A DNA stretch of 64,000 nucleotides from an uncultured Candidatus Rokubacteria bacterium (GCA_963758635.1 CAVWWD010000005.1:576001-640000); one strand, 5' to 3'; positions 23,691-34,780 are shown, counted from the stretch's first letter. Notes: a model not told the origin generated them from the sequence alone. Made by a program: numbers and translations.

Positions 23691-24917
23691 CTATTCGGCC
23701 TTCCAGTGGATGGACTTCAGATCCACGCCCTCTTTCGCCAGCTCGTAGAGCGGCGACATCTCACGCAGCCGGTGCACCACCTCCACCGTCCGTCCCGCCA
23801 CGTGGTCCACCTCGTCCTCCGTGGTGAACCGATGCACCCCGAAGCGGATCGACGAGTGGGCGAGCTCGGAGTCCACGCCCAGCGCCGAGATCACGTACGA
23901 CGGCTCGAGGGTCGCCGACGTGCAGGCGGAGCCGGAGGACAGGGCGACTTCCTTGTTCAGCCCCATGAGCACGGACTCGCCCTCGACGTAGGCGAACGAC
24001 ACGTTCAGATTGTGGGGGAGACGGCGCTCGGGATGTCCGTTGAGGAACGCCTCATCGACCTTGGACAGGATGGCCTCCTGCAGGCGGTCCCGGAGAACGG
24101 CCATGCGCTTGCTCTCCTCCGGCATGACCTCGCGGCAGATCTCCGCCGCGCGCCCGAAGCCCACGGCGAGAGGCACGGGGATCGTGCCGGAGCGCATGCC
24201 GCGCTCGTGTCCACCACCGTCCATCATGGCGGACAGGCGCACCCGCGGCCCCTTGCGGCGGACGTACAGCGCGCCCACGCCCTTCGGCCCGTACAGCAGG
24301 TGGGCGGTGCACGAGAGCAGATCGATGCCCATGCCCTCCACGTCGACCGGGACTTTGCCGACCGCCTGGGTGGCATCGGTATGGAAGATGATGCCCTTCT
24401 CCTTGGCGAGCTTGCCGATGTCCGCCACCTGCTGGACGGTCCCGATCTCGTTGTTCGCGAACATCACGGAGAGCAGGATGGTCTTCGGCGTGATGGCGGC
24501 CCGGAGCGCCTCCACGTCGACGAGGCCGTCCCGTCCGACGCCCACGTAGCTCACCTCGAACCCCTGGCGTTCGAGGCGCTTGCAGACGTCGAGGCCCGCG
24601 CGCTGCTCGATGCGGGTCGTGACGATGTGGTTGCCCTTCTCCCGGTACATCTCGGATACGCCCTTGAGAGCCAGGTTGATGGCCTCGGTGCCACCCGACG
24701 TGAAGATGATCTCCTTCGCGTCGCGGGCCCCGATCAGGCCGGCCAGCTGCTCACGGGCGCGGTCCACGCCGGATTCCGCCTCCCAGCCGAAGGAGTGGTT
24801 GCGGCTCGCCGGGTGACCGAACCGCTCGGTGAAGTACGGCAGCATGGCCTCGACCACGCGGGGATCCGCGGGGGTCGTGGACTGACTGTCCATGAAGATC
24901 GGGAACCTGACGGCCAT
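23691..24917 (-). CDS. iscS: IscS homologue lacking the PLP-binding Lys
   Basis: IscS-specific features (SRNHSFGW, SSGSACTSATLEPSYV, LREMSPLYE) but TAHLLYGPKG and EQRA at the PLP site. Confidence 0.92.
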   Translation of the reverse strand: MAVRFPIFMDSQSTTPADPRVVEAMLPYFTERFGHPASRNHSFGWEAESGVDRAREQLAGLIGARDAKEIIFTSGGTEAINLALKGVSEMYREKGNHIVTTRIEQRAGLDVCKRLERQGFEVSYVGVGRDGLVDVEALRAAITPKTILLSVMFANNEIGTVQQVADIGKLAKEKGIIFHTDATQAVGKVPVDVEGMGIDLLSCTAHLLYGPKGVGALYVRRKGPRVRLSAMMDGGGHERGMRSGTIPVPLAVGFGRAAEICREVMPEESKRMAVLRDRLQEAILSKVDEAFLNGHPERRLPHNLNVSFAYVEGESVLMGLNKEVALSSGSACTSATLEPSYVISALGVDSELAHSSIRFGVHRFTTEDEVDHVAGRTVEVVHRLREMSPLYELAKEGVDLKSIHWKAE

Positions 24918-24931
24918 GGTTCTGCCTCTCC

Positions 24932-25375
24932 TTATCTAATGTGGCTCAGCCGGGTCACGGGCGCCGGAACGAGGGGCTCCGCGACCAGCTCGGCCAGGCT
25001 CATCGTGTCCAGCAGGCTGCTGATGCTCTTCTGGATCTTCTGGACGGGCCCCCGCAGGTTGCATCGCTCGTACTGCGGGCAGTCGTCCGTGGTCAAGCAA
25101 CTGACGATGCGCACCGGACCCTCGAGCGCCCTGACGACCTCCCCGACGGTGATCGCCTCCTGCGGCCGGGCCAGCACGTAGCCGCCCTTGGGACCGTTGT
25201 GGCTGACGATCAGGCTCTTTTTCGCCAGCTTCTGGAGGATCTTGGCGAGGAGCTCGCCGGGGATCTTGAATTCCTCGGCGATACGCTTGGCGCTGACCGC
25301 GCCGTCCGGCGATTGAGCCGCGATGTAGTGCACGGCCATCAGTCCGTAGTCGGCGCGCTTGGTGAATCTCAGCAT
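24932..25375 (-). CDS. iscR: Rrf2 family Fe-S regulator IscR
   Basis: G.KGGY.LAR, ALEG and three Cys (C-x5-C-x5-C); first gene of the isc operon. Confidence 0.85.
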   Translation of the reverse strand: MLRFTKRADYGLMAVHYIAAQSPDGAVSAKRIAEEFKIPGELLAKILQKLAKKSLIVSHNGPKGGYVLARPQEAITVGEVVRALEGPVRIVSCLTTDDCPQYERCNLRGPVQKIQKSISSLLDTMSLAELVAEPLVPAPVTRLSHIR

Positions 25376-25403
25376 CCCTGATCTCTTCTCCCTGCCGGCC
25401 ATT

Positions 25404-25469
25404 GTATCCGACCATTTCGGTCGGCGACCATCAGAGTCGGAGTTTGCCAGGGCGATCGGCGCGTGTCAA
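25404..25469 (-). promoter_or_regulatory. isc promoter with two tandem IscR type-1-like boxes
   Basis: TTGACA-N17-CAAACT (extended TG); boxes GTATCCGACCATTTCGGTCGGCGAC (25404-25428) and CGACCATCAGAGTCGG (25425-25440). Confidence 0.72.
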
Positions 25470-25511
25470 GCCGGAGCCGTTGATCGAGGCGGCCCAAAAC
25501 CGCCTGTGCGG

Positions 25512-26507
25512 TCAGGTACTTGAAACCCAGGCGTCCCGGAGCGTCCGCGCCGCGTCCTCGGGCGGGGTGTCGTTGACGTAGATCCCGCCAATCCTGGTCA
25601 ACCGGTCGGGGGACGGGGTGATCTCGACGTGCCAGTGGTAGTCCTCGGCGATGGTCGCCCACTCGCCGGGGAGCACCTTGGCTCCCTGGTTCGGCGCGGT
25701 GTAGAGCATCATCTCGAAGGGGGGATCGGCCATCCGCTCGGACAACGTCCTGAAGTAGCCGGTGAGGACGGCGGCGAGGTCGGAGAGGGCTTCACCACCG
25801 ATCGCCCCCTCGTAGGCGCACGCATGCTGCCGGGGGAGGATCCACACCTCGAACGGCGAGCGGGAGGCGTAGGGCACGAGGAGCACGAAGTGGCTGGTGA
25901 CGCGGACGATGCGCTCCTCCGCGGCCACCTCCTGCCGGATGATGTCGCAATACACGCACCGCCGCTTGTACTGGAAGTACTCGCGGCACACGTCGAGCTT
26001 GCGCCGCGTCTCATCGAAAATGATCGGGATCGCGGTCAGACGCGAGTACGGGTGGCTGATCCGCGAGCCGCGATGACGGTAGCGGCGCGTCACGAGGATG
26101 TCGCGGATCGCCACGTCGCGCTTGAGGTCGCCGATGCGCTCGCCGTACATCCAGAGCACCTGCTCCCACTGGGCGTGGCCCATGGTGGCGGGTGACGCGT
26201 CGTGCTGCGGGCTCTCCACGATCAGCTCCGTCGCGCCGCGTGGCGGGATCGTATCGTAGAGCCCGACGCCCTCGCGCCGGAGCGGCAGTTCGATGCGGAA
26301 GTACGGATCCGCCTCGGGGATGACGCGGACGGACCAGCCGGGGCCGTCGGGCGCGGAGCCTTCCTTTCGGTACGCGGCGATCTCCGACGGCGTCGCGCTC
26401 TCGTTGCCGGGACAGAATGGACACGCGCTCGCGGGGGGCGGGCCCGTTCGCGGCGGTCGGACGAGGACCCATTGACCGCGGGTCGGGTCCTTCCGGAGGC
26501 CGCTCAT
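25512..26507 (-). CDS. GalT/HIT-fold nucleotidyltransferase homologue with altered active site
   Basis: LRKDP..G.WV, CPFCPGNE, W.VRV.P, CVYC, PFEVWILP..H and YHWH; HPH.Q replaced by HPY.R. Confidence 0.85.
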   Translation of the reverse strand: MSGLRKDPTRGQWVLVRPPRTGPPPASACPFCPGNESATPSEIAAYRKEGSAPDGPGWSVRVIPEADPYFRIELPLRREGVGLYDTIPPRGATELIVESPQHDASPATMGHAQWEQVLWMYGERIGDLKRDVAIRDILVTRRYRHRGSRISHPYSRLTAIPIIFDETRRKLDVCREYFQYKRRCVYCDIIRQEVAAEERIVRVTSHFVLLVPYASRSPFEVWILPRQHACAYEGAIGGEALSDLAAVLTGYFRTLSERMADPPFEMMLYTAPNQGAKVLPGEWATIAEDYHWHVEITPSPDRLTRIGGIYVNDTPPEDAARTLRDAWVSST

Positions 26508-26603
26508 GACCCGGCAACCTTAGAGAAGCACGGAGGGCAAGTCAAGGACGGCGGTCGCGCCGGCGCCGTGGACGCGATCGCGTCCGCCCCGAGCGGAGGC
26601 TAA

Positions 26604-26680
26604 TGACCCTCGCAGAATGCGCTAACCGCCACGGGCCTCTACAGTCCAACCGCTCGGCATAGTCTGATGCGCGGGGCTCA
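26604..26680 (-). mobile_element. MITE-like repeat, copy 4
   Basis: Reverse orientation; flanks CTAA/CTAG; abuts the TPR gene TAG stop. Confidence 0.82.
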
Positions 26681-28033
26681 CTAGTTGCCCTTCTCCTGCT
26701 GCGACTTCAACTTGCGCAGGTGCAGGCGCGCCACGTCCACCCAGTCCTTCTCCGAGGGGAGAGCGCTGGCGAGCTGGATGTACCGCTCCCAGAGGGCAAT
26801 GGCCTCCTTGGCGTCGACCTTCTCGTACACGAGGGCGAGGTTGTAGAGGCCGCCGGTGTTCTTGGCGTCCAGCTCGACCACCTTCTTGTACTCGACGATC
26901 GCCTCGGGGTAGAGGCCCTTGTCCTCGTACACCTCGGCCAGGCCCATCCGCGCGTCGAGGAACATCGGATCGAGCTCGATGGCCTTCTTGTACGCGGTCA
27001 CCGACTCGTAGTAGAGCCCCTTCTCCGCGTAGTAGATCTTGCCCAGGCTCACGTGGACGCGTGGGTTCATGGGGTTGAAGTCCAGGGCCTTGCGGTACGC
27101 GGTGATCGCTCCGTCCACGTTGCCCTTGGAGGCCTGTGCCTCGCCGAGACCGACGTAGGCGTCGGCGTAGAAGGGCCGGAGCTCGAGAGCCTTGGTGTAG
27201 GCTTCGACGGCTTGCTCGAACAGGCGACGGGGCACGATCAGCAGCAGATCGCCGAGCGCCTTGTAGGGCTCGGGGTAGCTCGGGTCGAGCTGGGTGGAGG
27301 CCCGGAACTGCGCCGCGGCCTTCCAGCGATTGCCGAGCGCCTGGTGGACGCTGCCCAGCGAAAACTGGGCCACGACGAACTGCGGATCGATCTCCACGGC
27401 GCGGCTCAGGAGCTCGACCGCCGCCTCGTTGGACTCCTGGTTGCCGCGCAGCGCGGCGGCCTGGCCGCGCACGAAGCTCTCGAAGGCCCGGAGGGAACGG
27501 GTGGGGCTCGCCGACTTCTGGACCCGGGCGAGCTCGGCCTCCGTCGCCGGAACCTTGAGCGCGCGGAGGTAGGCGACGGACACGCCCGGCAAGCTCGCCA
27601 GGAGCTGCCCCTCGGGCACGGTCACGGCGTCGAGCGTGCCGCGGTCCGCGCGCTCGCCCTTGATCTCGACGAAACGCGGCTGCAACGCGAGCTCGCCGCC
27701 GGCGCGCCGGACCTCGCCGTAGACCGCCACGTCGGCGCGGACGCTCCGGGCGGTCTGCGCGACGTTCTGCTCGTCCCAGGCGTCCGGCAGCGACATCTGC
27801 CGGAGGCGCCCACGGTCGATCTGCACGAGCGACGGCACGTGGACGAGGGCGAGCTCGAGCGACTGGGCGATCCCCTCGCCCACCCATTGCTCCTCCCGTC
27901 CGAGGCCCGCCGTGTTGAACGGAAGGACCAGGACGGTGCGCGCCTTGACGGCGGCGAGCGCCGGGCCCGCGCTGAGGACGAGGAACAGCGTCCCGAGGAT
28001 TGCGAGGCTAGACCGTCTGTCGCGGAGTCCCAT
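26681..28033 (-). CDS. exported TPR-repeat protein with N-terminal TolB-N/FlgO-like domain
   Basis: Signal peptide, VLVLPF.., and about six 34-aa TPR repeats (A...Y.KAL...P....A...LG). Confidence 0.85.
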   Translation of the reverse strand: MGLRDRRSSLAILGTLFLVLSAGPALAAVKARTVLVLPFNTAGLGREEQWVGEGIAQSLELALVHVPSLVQIDRGRLRQMSLPDAWDEQNVAQTARSVRADVAVYGEVRRAGGELALQPRFVEIKGERADRGTLDAVTVPEGQLLASLPGVSVAYLRALKVPATEAELARVQKSASPTRSLRAFESFVRGQAAALRGNQESNEAAVELLSRAVEIDPQFVVAQFSLGSVHQALGNRWKAAAQFRASTQLDPSYPEPYKALGDLLLIVPRRLFEQAVEAYTKALELRPFYADAYVGLGEAQASKGNVDGAITAYRKALDFNPMNPRVHVSLGKIYYAEKGLYYESVTAYKKAIELDPMFLDARMGLAEVYEDKGLYPEAIVEYKKVVELDAKNTGGLYNLALVYEKVDAKEAIALWERYIQLASALPSEKDWVDVARLHLRKLKSQQEKGN

Positions 28034-31000
28034 TGTCCCGGCCCTCCTTCGGCGTCCTGGTCACGAGCCGTGTCCACAGCGCGGTCACGAGACCGGGGCC
28101 GACCCTTCGGAGCGCGATCTCGGGGATCAGCAGCACGGCAACCAACCCGACGAGCCACGGCCAGATGTCCAGCGTGAGCCGCGACTTCCGCCGCGCCGAC
28201 AGGAACGCATCCCGGGGCTGTCCCGCGACGCCGCCGCCCGTCAGCTCGGACAGCTCGCGGAGGAGCGACTCGTCTACCCCGAGGTCCCGGAGTTCCTTGG
28301 AATACGGTACCACCAGTCCGGCGAGCTGTGACCCCACCATCTGGTCCCCGCGGCGCTGCGCCATCCCGACGAGGTACGCGCCCTCCTGGGAAGCGGGGAA
28401 CCGGCCCCGGTAGCGGCCCGGACCCACCTGCTCGAGCTCGACCACCGTGCGCTGCTTGTCGGGCGAGACGACACCCACCTGGGAGTCGAGGAAGTTGATG
28501 AACTCGCCCTTCGGGTCGATGGCGTCGACCACGACCTCGCCCCGGTCGTCGGCCTGGCTGACGGTGGCGACGGTGTCGGTGCGGGTGCCGCTCCGGAGCG
28601 TCCACCGCGTGAGCTGCGACCAGAACTTGTTGAAGCCGCCCCATCGGAGCCACAGCACCGCCCACTTCGCCTTGGCGTCGGACGTGAACGCCACCGAACG
28701 GCCGAGCCCGTAGCGCCACGTCGCGAGGAGCGGGTCCTCCTGGTGCGTCATCAGCACCATCTCCGCCGTGCCCTTGAGCGAGGTGGCGACGTACCCGCCC
28801 AGGGGCGGCGCCTCCTTCCACTCGATGTCCTGGATGGCCTCGTGGCCCGGCGCGCCCACGCTGGGCTTGAAGGGCTGCTCGACCAGCGAGGACTTCGACG
28901 CGAGCTGGGTCTCGAGCGTGAAGATGCGCGGGATCGTGCTGTCGTCTTCCGTGTAGTAGAAGCGCCCGCGGCCCCACTTGGCGACGTCGAACATGAGCTG
29001 GGCATCGGCGTCCTTGCCGATGGCCACCGTCGAGACCGTGATCTTGTCCTTCGCCATCCGCCGGAGGAGGCCGGAGAAGTCCCCACGCGTCATCTGACCG
29101 TCGGACAGGAAGATGACGTGCTTCAGGAGCGCGGGCCGATCGAACAGGACCTGGTAGGACTCCTTGAGCGCGGGATAGCCGTCCGTGCCCCCGCCCGCCT
29201 TGATCGTGGAGATGGCGGTGTGGATGGCCTGCTTGTCCTTGGCCGGGCGCACCGGGGAGTCCCAGATGAACTCGGTGTCCCAGCTCATCACACCCACCTC
29301 GTTCCGGTCGTCGAGCAGGTCGACGACGAGGTGCGACGCCTCCTTGGCGATGTCGAGCTTGGTGACCTTGCTGTCGGTGGTCATCGCCATGGAGCCGGAG
29401 CGGTCGATGGACAGGACGACGGCGAGGCTCGGGATCTCGAGCTTCTGCTTGACCTCCATCGTCACGGGCAGCGCTTCCTCGAGCGGCGTCCGGTAGTAGC
29501 CCCCGAGGCCGAAGCTCTCCTCGCCGCCTAGCATCATGAGCCCGCCGCCGTGATCGCGGACGTAGTCCCGGATGCTCTCCATCTGCTTCTTGTTCAGCTT
29601 GAGCGAGGAGACGTTGGACAGGATGACGCCGTCGTACTTCTGGAGCCCGGCGACGTCCTTCGGAATGCGGTCGGCCTCGACGAGGTCCACGTCGATGTGC
29701 TGCGAGCGGAGGGCCGAGGCCAGGCTCTGACCCTGGGCGCGCTCCTTCTCGGCGAGCAGCACGGTCGGCCGGCCGCGTACCACGATCGTGCCGAGCGCGC
29801 GGTTGTTCTCGTCGATCGTGTCGCCCTCGACCTCGATGTGCGCCTGGTAGACGTGGATCCCGCTGTGCTCGAGCGACTGCCGGTACGTGTACACGTTCTT
29901 GCCCGGCGTGAGACGCACGACCTGGGAGCCCAGGAACTCTCCGTTCCGGAAGAGCGCCAGGCGCCCCTGCGTCTCCGCCTGGCTCCACGCCACCACCTTG
30001 GCCTGGAACGGCTCGCCGTACTTCACCTCCGACGGCAGCACCATGGACTCCACGACCACTTCCTGCTTGAACGTGAGCGGGGCGGGCACGTAGAAGATGT
30101 CGGCGCCGGCGTCCTTGGCCGCCTGGGCCACGGCGAGGGCGTTGCCCGCGTTCTGGCGGCCGTCGGTGAGCAGGACGAAGCGGTTCGCGTGGCCGGGCGG
30201 CGCGGTGGCGAGCGCGAGCTGGAGGGCCTGGGCCAGGTTCGTGCCCCGCCCGCCCACCTTCGCCTGCGGGACGCTCGATCTTCGCGCCCGAGCGGAGCGG
30301 CTGGTCCACCACCGCCTCCTCGCCGAACACGATGAGGCCAGCCTGGTCGCGCGGCTGCATGGCCCCCGCGGCCTGCGCGACGAACCGATAGGCGTTCTCC
30401 CGCGCGGCCAGGCTCACGCTGTCCGACACGTCGAGCAGGAAGAGCACGTTGAGCTGATCGACCCACCGCGGGATCACCGGCCTGACGAGCGCGACGATGA
30501 GAATGGCGACGAGGACGCCCCGCATGCCCAGGGCCCAGCGGTCGGCGCGGGTCGGCGGAACGGAGAGCCGACCCGCGGTCTGGCGCCGCCAGTAGAGCAG
30601 GGCCTCGACGATGAACACCGCGATGGCGAACATCACGAAGAACGGCCAGAGCTCTCGCGGCACGGGCACCGGCGCCGCCTCGGGGCGCGCCCCCTCCACG
30701 AACGCGGGGACGGGCCGCGGCGTCAGCTCGGATTCCTCGGCGTTCATGAGGTTGACGGCGACCTTCGTCTCGCCGCGCGAGGTGACCACGCGGTACACGC
30801 CGACCTCGTCGGTGTCGGTGAAGCTCGCGAGCCCGCGCGTGACCTGCGCCTGCACGGTGTGCCCCGACGGCGTCGTCACCGTGGCGGTGGACACCCCGTG
30901 CTCGACGGGGAGCAGGATCGGCTGCCCCGCCTGCAGCTGGAGACTCTCCTGATCGAGGCCCGCCGGGTGCAACCAGCGGAGGCTCTTCGAGAGCATCAGC

Positions 31001-32409
31001 GGGAAGGCCACGCGCAGCGGGAAGTCGCTCTTGAAGAGATCGAAGCCGAAGAAGACGGCCTTGCGCTGCTGCTCCTCCAGAAGGTAGATGAGCGGGCCGC
31101 CGGCGGCCTCGACGAGCGTCTTTCCCGCGGCGAGCGGGCGCACGCGCAGCGCGTCCTCGATCGTCACCTTGGCGAAGTCGATCTGGCGCATGATCGGATG
31201 CGCCCGATCCCAGTCCATGATCACGGGCGAGTCGAAGCGTCCGAGCACCTCGAGCGGGACGTCCCCCGGGACCGCGTTCACGAGCACGAAGCGCCCGTTG
31301 CCGACCTTCGTGGGGTTGACGCTGTCGATCACGACGGCATCGAAGCCATCCATGCCCCCCTGGTAGGCGTCCGGCGTCCGGACCTCGAGCTTGACCTGCG
31401 GATCGCTCTTGAGCGCCTTCTCCAGGAACATGTTCCCCGCGCTCACGAGGAGCACCGCGATGGCCCGCGGCGGCGGGATGACGGCGAAGGCCATGTTGTC
31501 GGCGGTCAGGTCGTCGGTCACGTCGATCCGCGCCCGCACCACCCCGCCGCCCGGATGGCTGAACGGGAGGACGAGGGCCCGCCGCACCTGCGGCTCGAGC
31601 ATCAGCTCCTTCTCGGCGATGAGGGTGTCGTCCAGCCGCAGCGTGAGCGTGAAGCGCTGGGGCTCGGTCGAGAAGTTCGCCATCGACAGGAAGGCCTGCG
31701 AGTCGAACGACCCGAAGTAGTTCCGGCGCACCGCCATGCTCGTGATCGCCACGTTGCGCCCGCGGGTGCCCACGCCCGACCAGCGCACGCGGGCGTCCTC
31801 GGCCTGGCCCCGCAGCGCGTCGGGATGCGCGCCGTCGGTGAACACGTGCACCTCGGCGCGCGGGTCGGCGCCCACCAGAGAGCGCGCGGTCCGCACGGCG
31901 TCCTCGAGCCGGCTCGGGATGTCACGGGGGTGCGCGGAGCGGATCGCGGAGACGACCCGGTCGCGGTCCCGCGTGAACGGCGCGAGCACCTTGGGCTGGA
32001 TGCCCGCCTCGATGACCATCGCCTCGGCGCCCTCGCCGAGCCGGCTCACCAGGCCGAGCGCGGCGCGCTGGGCCTGGACGAAGCGCGTCGGCGAGGTGTC
32101 GGTGGCCTTCATGGAGGCCGAGCTGTCGAGCACGACCACGATGCGCTTGGCCCCGTGGCCCATCACGGTCACAGTGGGCCGCGCCAGCGCGAGGGACAGC
32201 GCGATCAGCGCGAGGATCTGCAAGAGGATCAGGGGGTCGCGCTGCAGTCGCTGGAAGAAGGCCGAGGCCTCGCGGTCGCGGAGGGCCGACTCCCAGAGGA
32301 GCAGGCTCGACACGGTGCGGGGCCGCCGCCGGACCTTCAGGAAGTACAGCAGCAGGAGCGGCACGGCGAGCGTCGACAGCAGCAGCGCGAGCGGAGAGAG
32401 GAAACTCAT
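28008..32409 (-). CDS. large membrane vWA protein (BatA N-terminus, three vWA domains, GATase-like region); one frameshift near 30260
   Basis: MSFLSP...VSS..LW BatA motif; MIDAS motifs DSSASM, DVSDSV and DRSGSM; GG..SFG.GGY..TP.E..LPV. Confidence 0.8.
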
Positions 32410-33299
32410 GCGACCAGGAATCCCTTCAGCTGTCTCAGCATGAACTCTTCGACCGGGGTGTCGGTGATCACCCGGTGGTAGCTGATCTCGTTCCCGCGGC
32501 AGAACGTCTCGGCGCGCTCGAGGAACTCACGCAGGCGCTGCCGGTAGCTCCGGAGGGCCTCGCCGTCCAGGGTGAGGTCCCGCAGCTCCCCGGTCTCGGC
32601 ATCGAGCAGCCGCAGGTCTCCGCCGAAGTCCGGGTTCATCTCCTCGGCGGCGAGCAGGTGGATCACGTGCACGTCGAAGCGCCGCTCCAGGAGGGCCTTG
32701 AGACCACGCTCGTAGCCGCCTGCGTCGAGGAGGTCGGAGACGAGGACGGCCAGCCCGGGCTCGCGCGCTCGCCGCGCGAAGGCGCCGAGCGCCTCGTTCA
32801 GCGAGGTGCGTCCGCTCGGCTGGACGCGGCCGAGGAAGTCCATGAGGGGCAGCGCCTGGTTGCGCCCGCGGCTCGGGCTCCAGCCCTCGGCCACGCTCTC
32901 GCGCAGCACGGCGACGCCCACGCGCTCCAGGTTCACCAGACCCACGAAGCCGAGCGCGGCGGCGAGCCGGGCGGCGAAGGCGAGCTTGGACGGCACGCCG
33001 AAGCTCATCGAGGCGGAAGCGTCCACGAGGAGGTTCAGGCAGAGGTCCTCCTCGTCGACGAAGAGCTTGATGTAGAGGCGGTCGAGCCGGCCGTAGATGT
33101 TCCAGTCCACGTAGCGGAGGTCGTCACCCACACCGTAGGGCCGGAAGTCGGAGAACTCGACGCTGTTGCCCTTCCGGGGGCTCCGGCGCTCGCCCCGCAC
33201 CCGGCCGCGGAAGCTCCGACGCGACAGGAGCGCGAGACGCTCGAGCTGCGCCAGGAAGTCCGTGGACAGCAGGGACTGCGCCCGGACGGCGAGCGGCAC
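32406..33299 (-). CDS. DUF58 vWA-like protein
   Basis: G.SVEF.DFR.Y..GDD.R.VDW..YGR, D.SASM and SDLL. Confidence 0.92.
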   Translation of the reverse strand: MPLAVRAQSLLSTDFLAQLERLALLSRRSFRGRVRGERRSPRKGNSVEFSDFRPYGVGDDLRYVDWNIYGRLDRLYIKLFVDEEDLCLNLLVDASASMSFGVPSKLAFAARLAAALGFVGLVNLERVGVAVLRESVAEGWSPSRGRNQALPLMDFLGRVQPSGRTSLNEALGAFARRAREPGLAVLVSDLLDAGGYERGLKALLERRFDVHVIHLLAAEEMNPDFGGDLRLLDAETGELRDLTLDGEALRSYRQRLREFLERAETFCRGNEISYHRVITDTPVEEFMLRQLKGFLVA

Positions 33300-33301
33300 G
33301 C

Positions 33302-34780
33302 CTAGCGCTCGTCCAGTGACTGGAAGTACTGCTTGATCTGCGCCTGGTAGTCGCGCGGCACCTGCTCGCGCGCGATGGCCTCCTCCATCATCTTCCGGTA
33401 CTGCCCGACGATGCCGAGGTACTGCAGGCGCGACGGGACGTTCGCGCCACGCCCGAGCAGGTTGGTGTCGAACCCGTCCTTCTTCCCGGAGCGCGACTCC
33501 CCTTCCACGCCTACGTCGAAGGGGTTCGCGCGCAGCCGCTGGGTGGGATCGCCCTTCGGCGTCGCGCTCCGTCCCTTGCCCGGATAGAGCCCTTCGCCCT
33601 CGGGGAACTCTCCGTCCTCGCCCATGCCGCCGGCGCCCTGCGAGCCCTTCCCTCGCTGGCCGCCGCGCCGGTCGTTCTCGCGGCCGCCGCGGAGCCCCTT
33701 GCCGTCGCGGCCCTTGTCCTCCATCGAGCGCATCTTCGAGAGCGCGCGCTCCATGGCGTCCATGGCCCGCTCGCTCTGACCGCCCTCGAGCGCTTCCATG
33801 CCCTCGGACACGTCGCCCGCCCAGGGCGCCTGCGTGCCGCCCGGCCCGCCCTTGCGGCCCAGCCGCTCCATCTCGCCCAGGAGCTCGCGCAGCTTCTCGG
33901 GCGAGACCTGATCGGGGCGGAGGCCCCCGCGGAGCTCCTTGGACTTCTGGAACACCATCCGGTGCTGGGTCTGCGTGAAGTCACGCTGCAGGTCTGGCAT
34001 CTTGTCCACCTGCTCCAGCATCCGGATGCGGTCGTCGCCTTTCTTCAGAAACGAGTTGAAGTCCGGGCTCCGGCCGCCCAGCGCGGTGTCCTTGAACACC
34101 GCGGCGAGGTCGCCGGGCTGGGTGGGCCCGCCGCCGCCCGCGCGGGGCGCGAGCGTGCGGTCCTGCATCTCGGACCGGCGCACGTCCTCGCGCTTGGTCG
34201 CGCGTTGCTTCGCGTCGGTCTCGAGCTGTCCGGCCCGCTCCTTGGGCGTCTCCTCGTCGTCCTCGGTGGACGCGATGAAGTTCGGCAGCGCGCCTTTCGG
34301 GAACGGAATCGGCGGGGCGAGGGCGAGCACGACGCCCAGGGCCAGGGGCACCGGGACGAACCGGGCCTCGCGCGGCCAGTGGCGCGCGATGATCCGGCGC
34401 TCCGGGCGCGTGGACACGCGCGCGATCGTGTCGGCGACGAGCGCGTCGACCAGCGGCGTGCGCTCGGGATGCTCGGCCCACTCGAGCGAGGTGGCGACGC
34501 GATCCTGGAGGCCGAAGCCGCGGTCGGCGAGGCGCGCCGCCTCGCTCGGGGACACGCGGCGCAGGTATCCGACGAGCACGCCGATGAGGGCCCCGGCGAT
34601 CAGCAGCCCACCCGCGGCCACGAAGGCCGCCGTCCCGAACCGCTCGCGCACGAGGAGCGGGATCGCCGCGGCGACCGCTCCGATGAAGAGGCCGCGAAGC
34701 CCCCAGAACTCGGCCCGCCGCAGGCGCACCTCTCGGATGACCTGCCGGACCAGACGATGGAGCACATGCGTGTCGGGCAT
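33302..34780 (-). CDS. membrane protein with charged/coiled-coil C-terminus (MoxR cluster)
   Basis: N-terminal TM helices, AA...D...GL.DR..T and C-terminal VP..Y...IKQYF. Confidence 0.7.
   Translation of the reverse strand: MPDTHVLHRLVRQVIREVRLRRAEFWGLRGLFIGAVAAAIPLLVRERFGTAAFVAAGGLLIAGALIGVLVGYLRRVSPSEAARLADRGFGLQDRVATSLEWAEHPERTPLVDALVADTIARVSTRPERRIIARHWPREARFVPVPLALGVVLALAPPIPFPKGALPNFIASTEDDEETPKERAGQLETDAKQRATKREDVRRSEMQDRTLAPRAGGGGPTQPGDLAAVFKDTALGGRSPDFNSFLKKGDDRIRMLEQVDKMPDLQRDFTQTQHRMVFQKSKELRGGLRPDQVSPEKLRELLGEMERLGRKGGPGGTQAPWAGDVSEGMEALEGGQSERAMDAMERALSKMRSMEDKGRDGKGLRGGRENDRRGGQRGKGSQGAGGMGEDGEFPEGEGLYPGKGRSATPKGDPTQRLRANPFDVGVEGESRSGKKDGFDTNLLGRGANVPSRLQYLGIVGQYRKMMEEAIAREQVPRDYQAQIKQYFQSLDER

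Noticed and set aside
27622..32409. 1595-aa ORF as a single protein
   Set aside because: After about 30260 it becomes Arg/Gly/Pro-rich off-frame sequence; the real C-terminal half is in frame 28008-30257.
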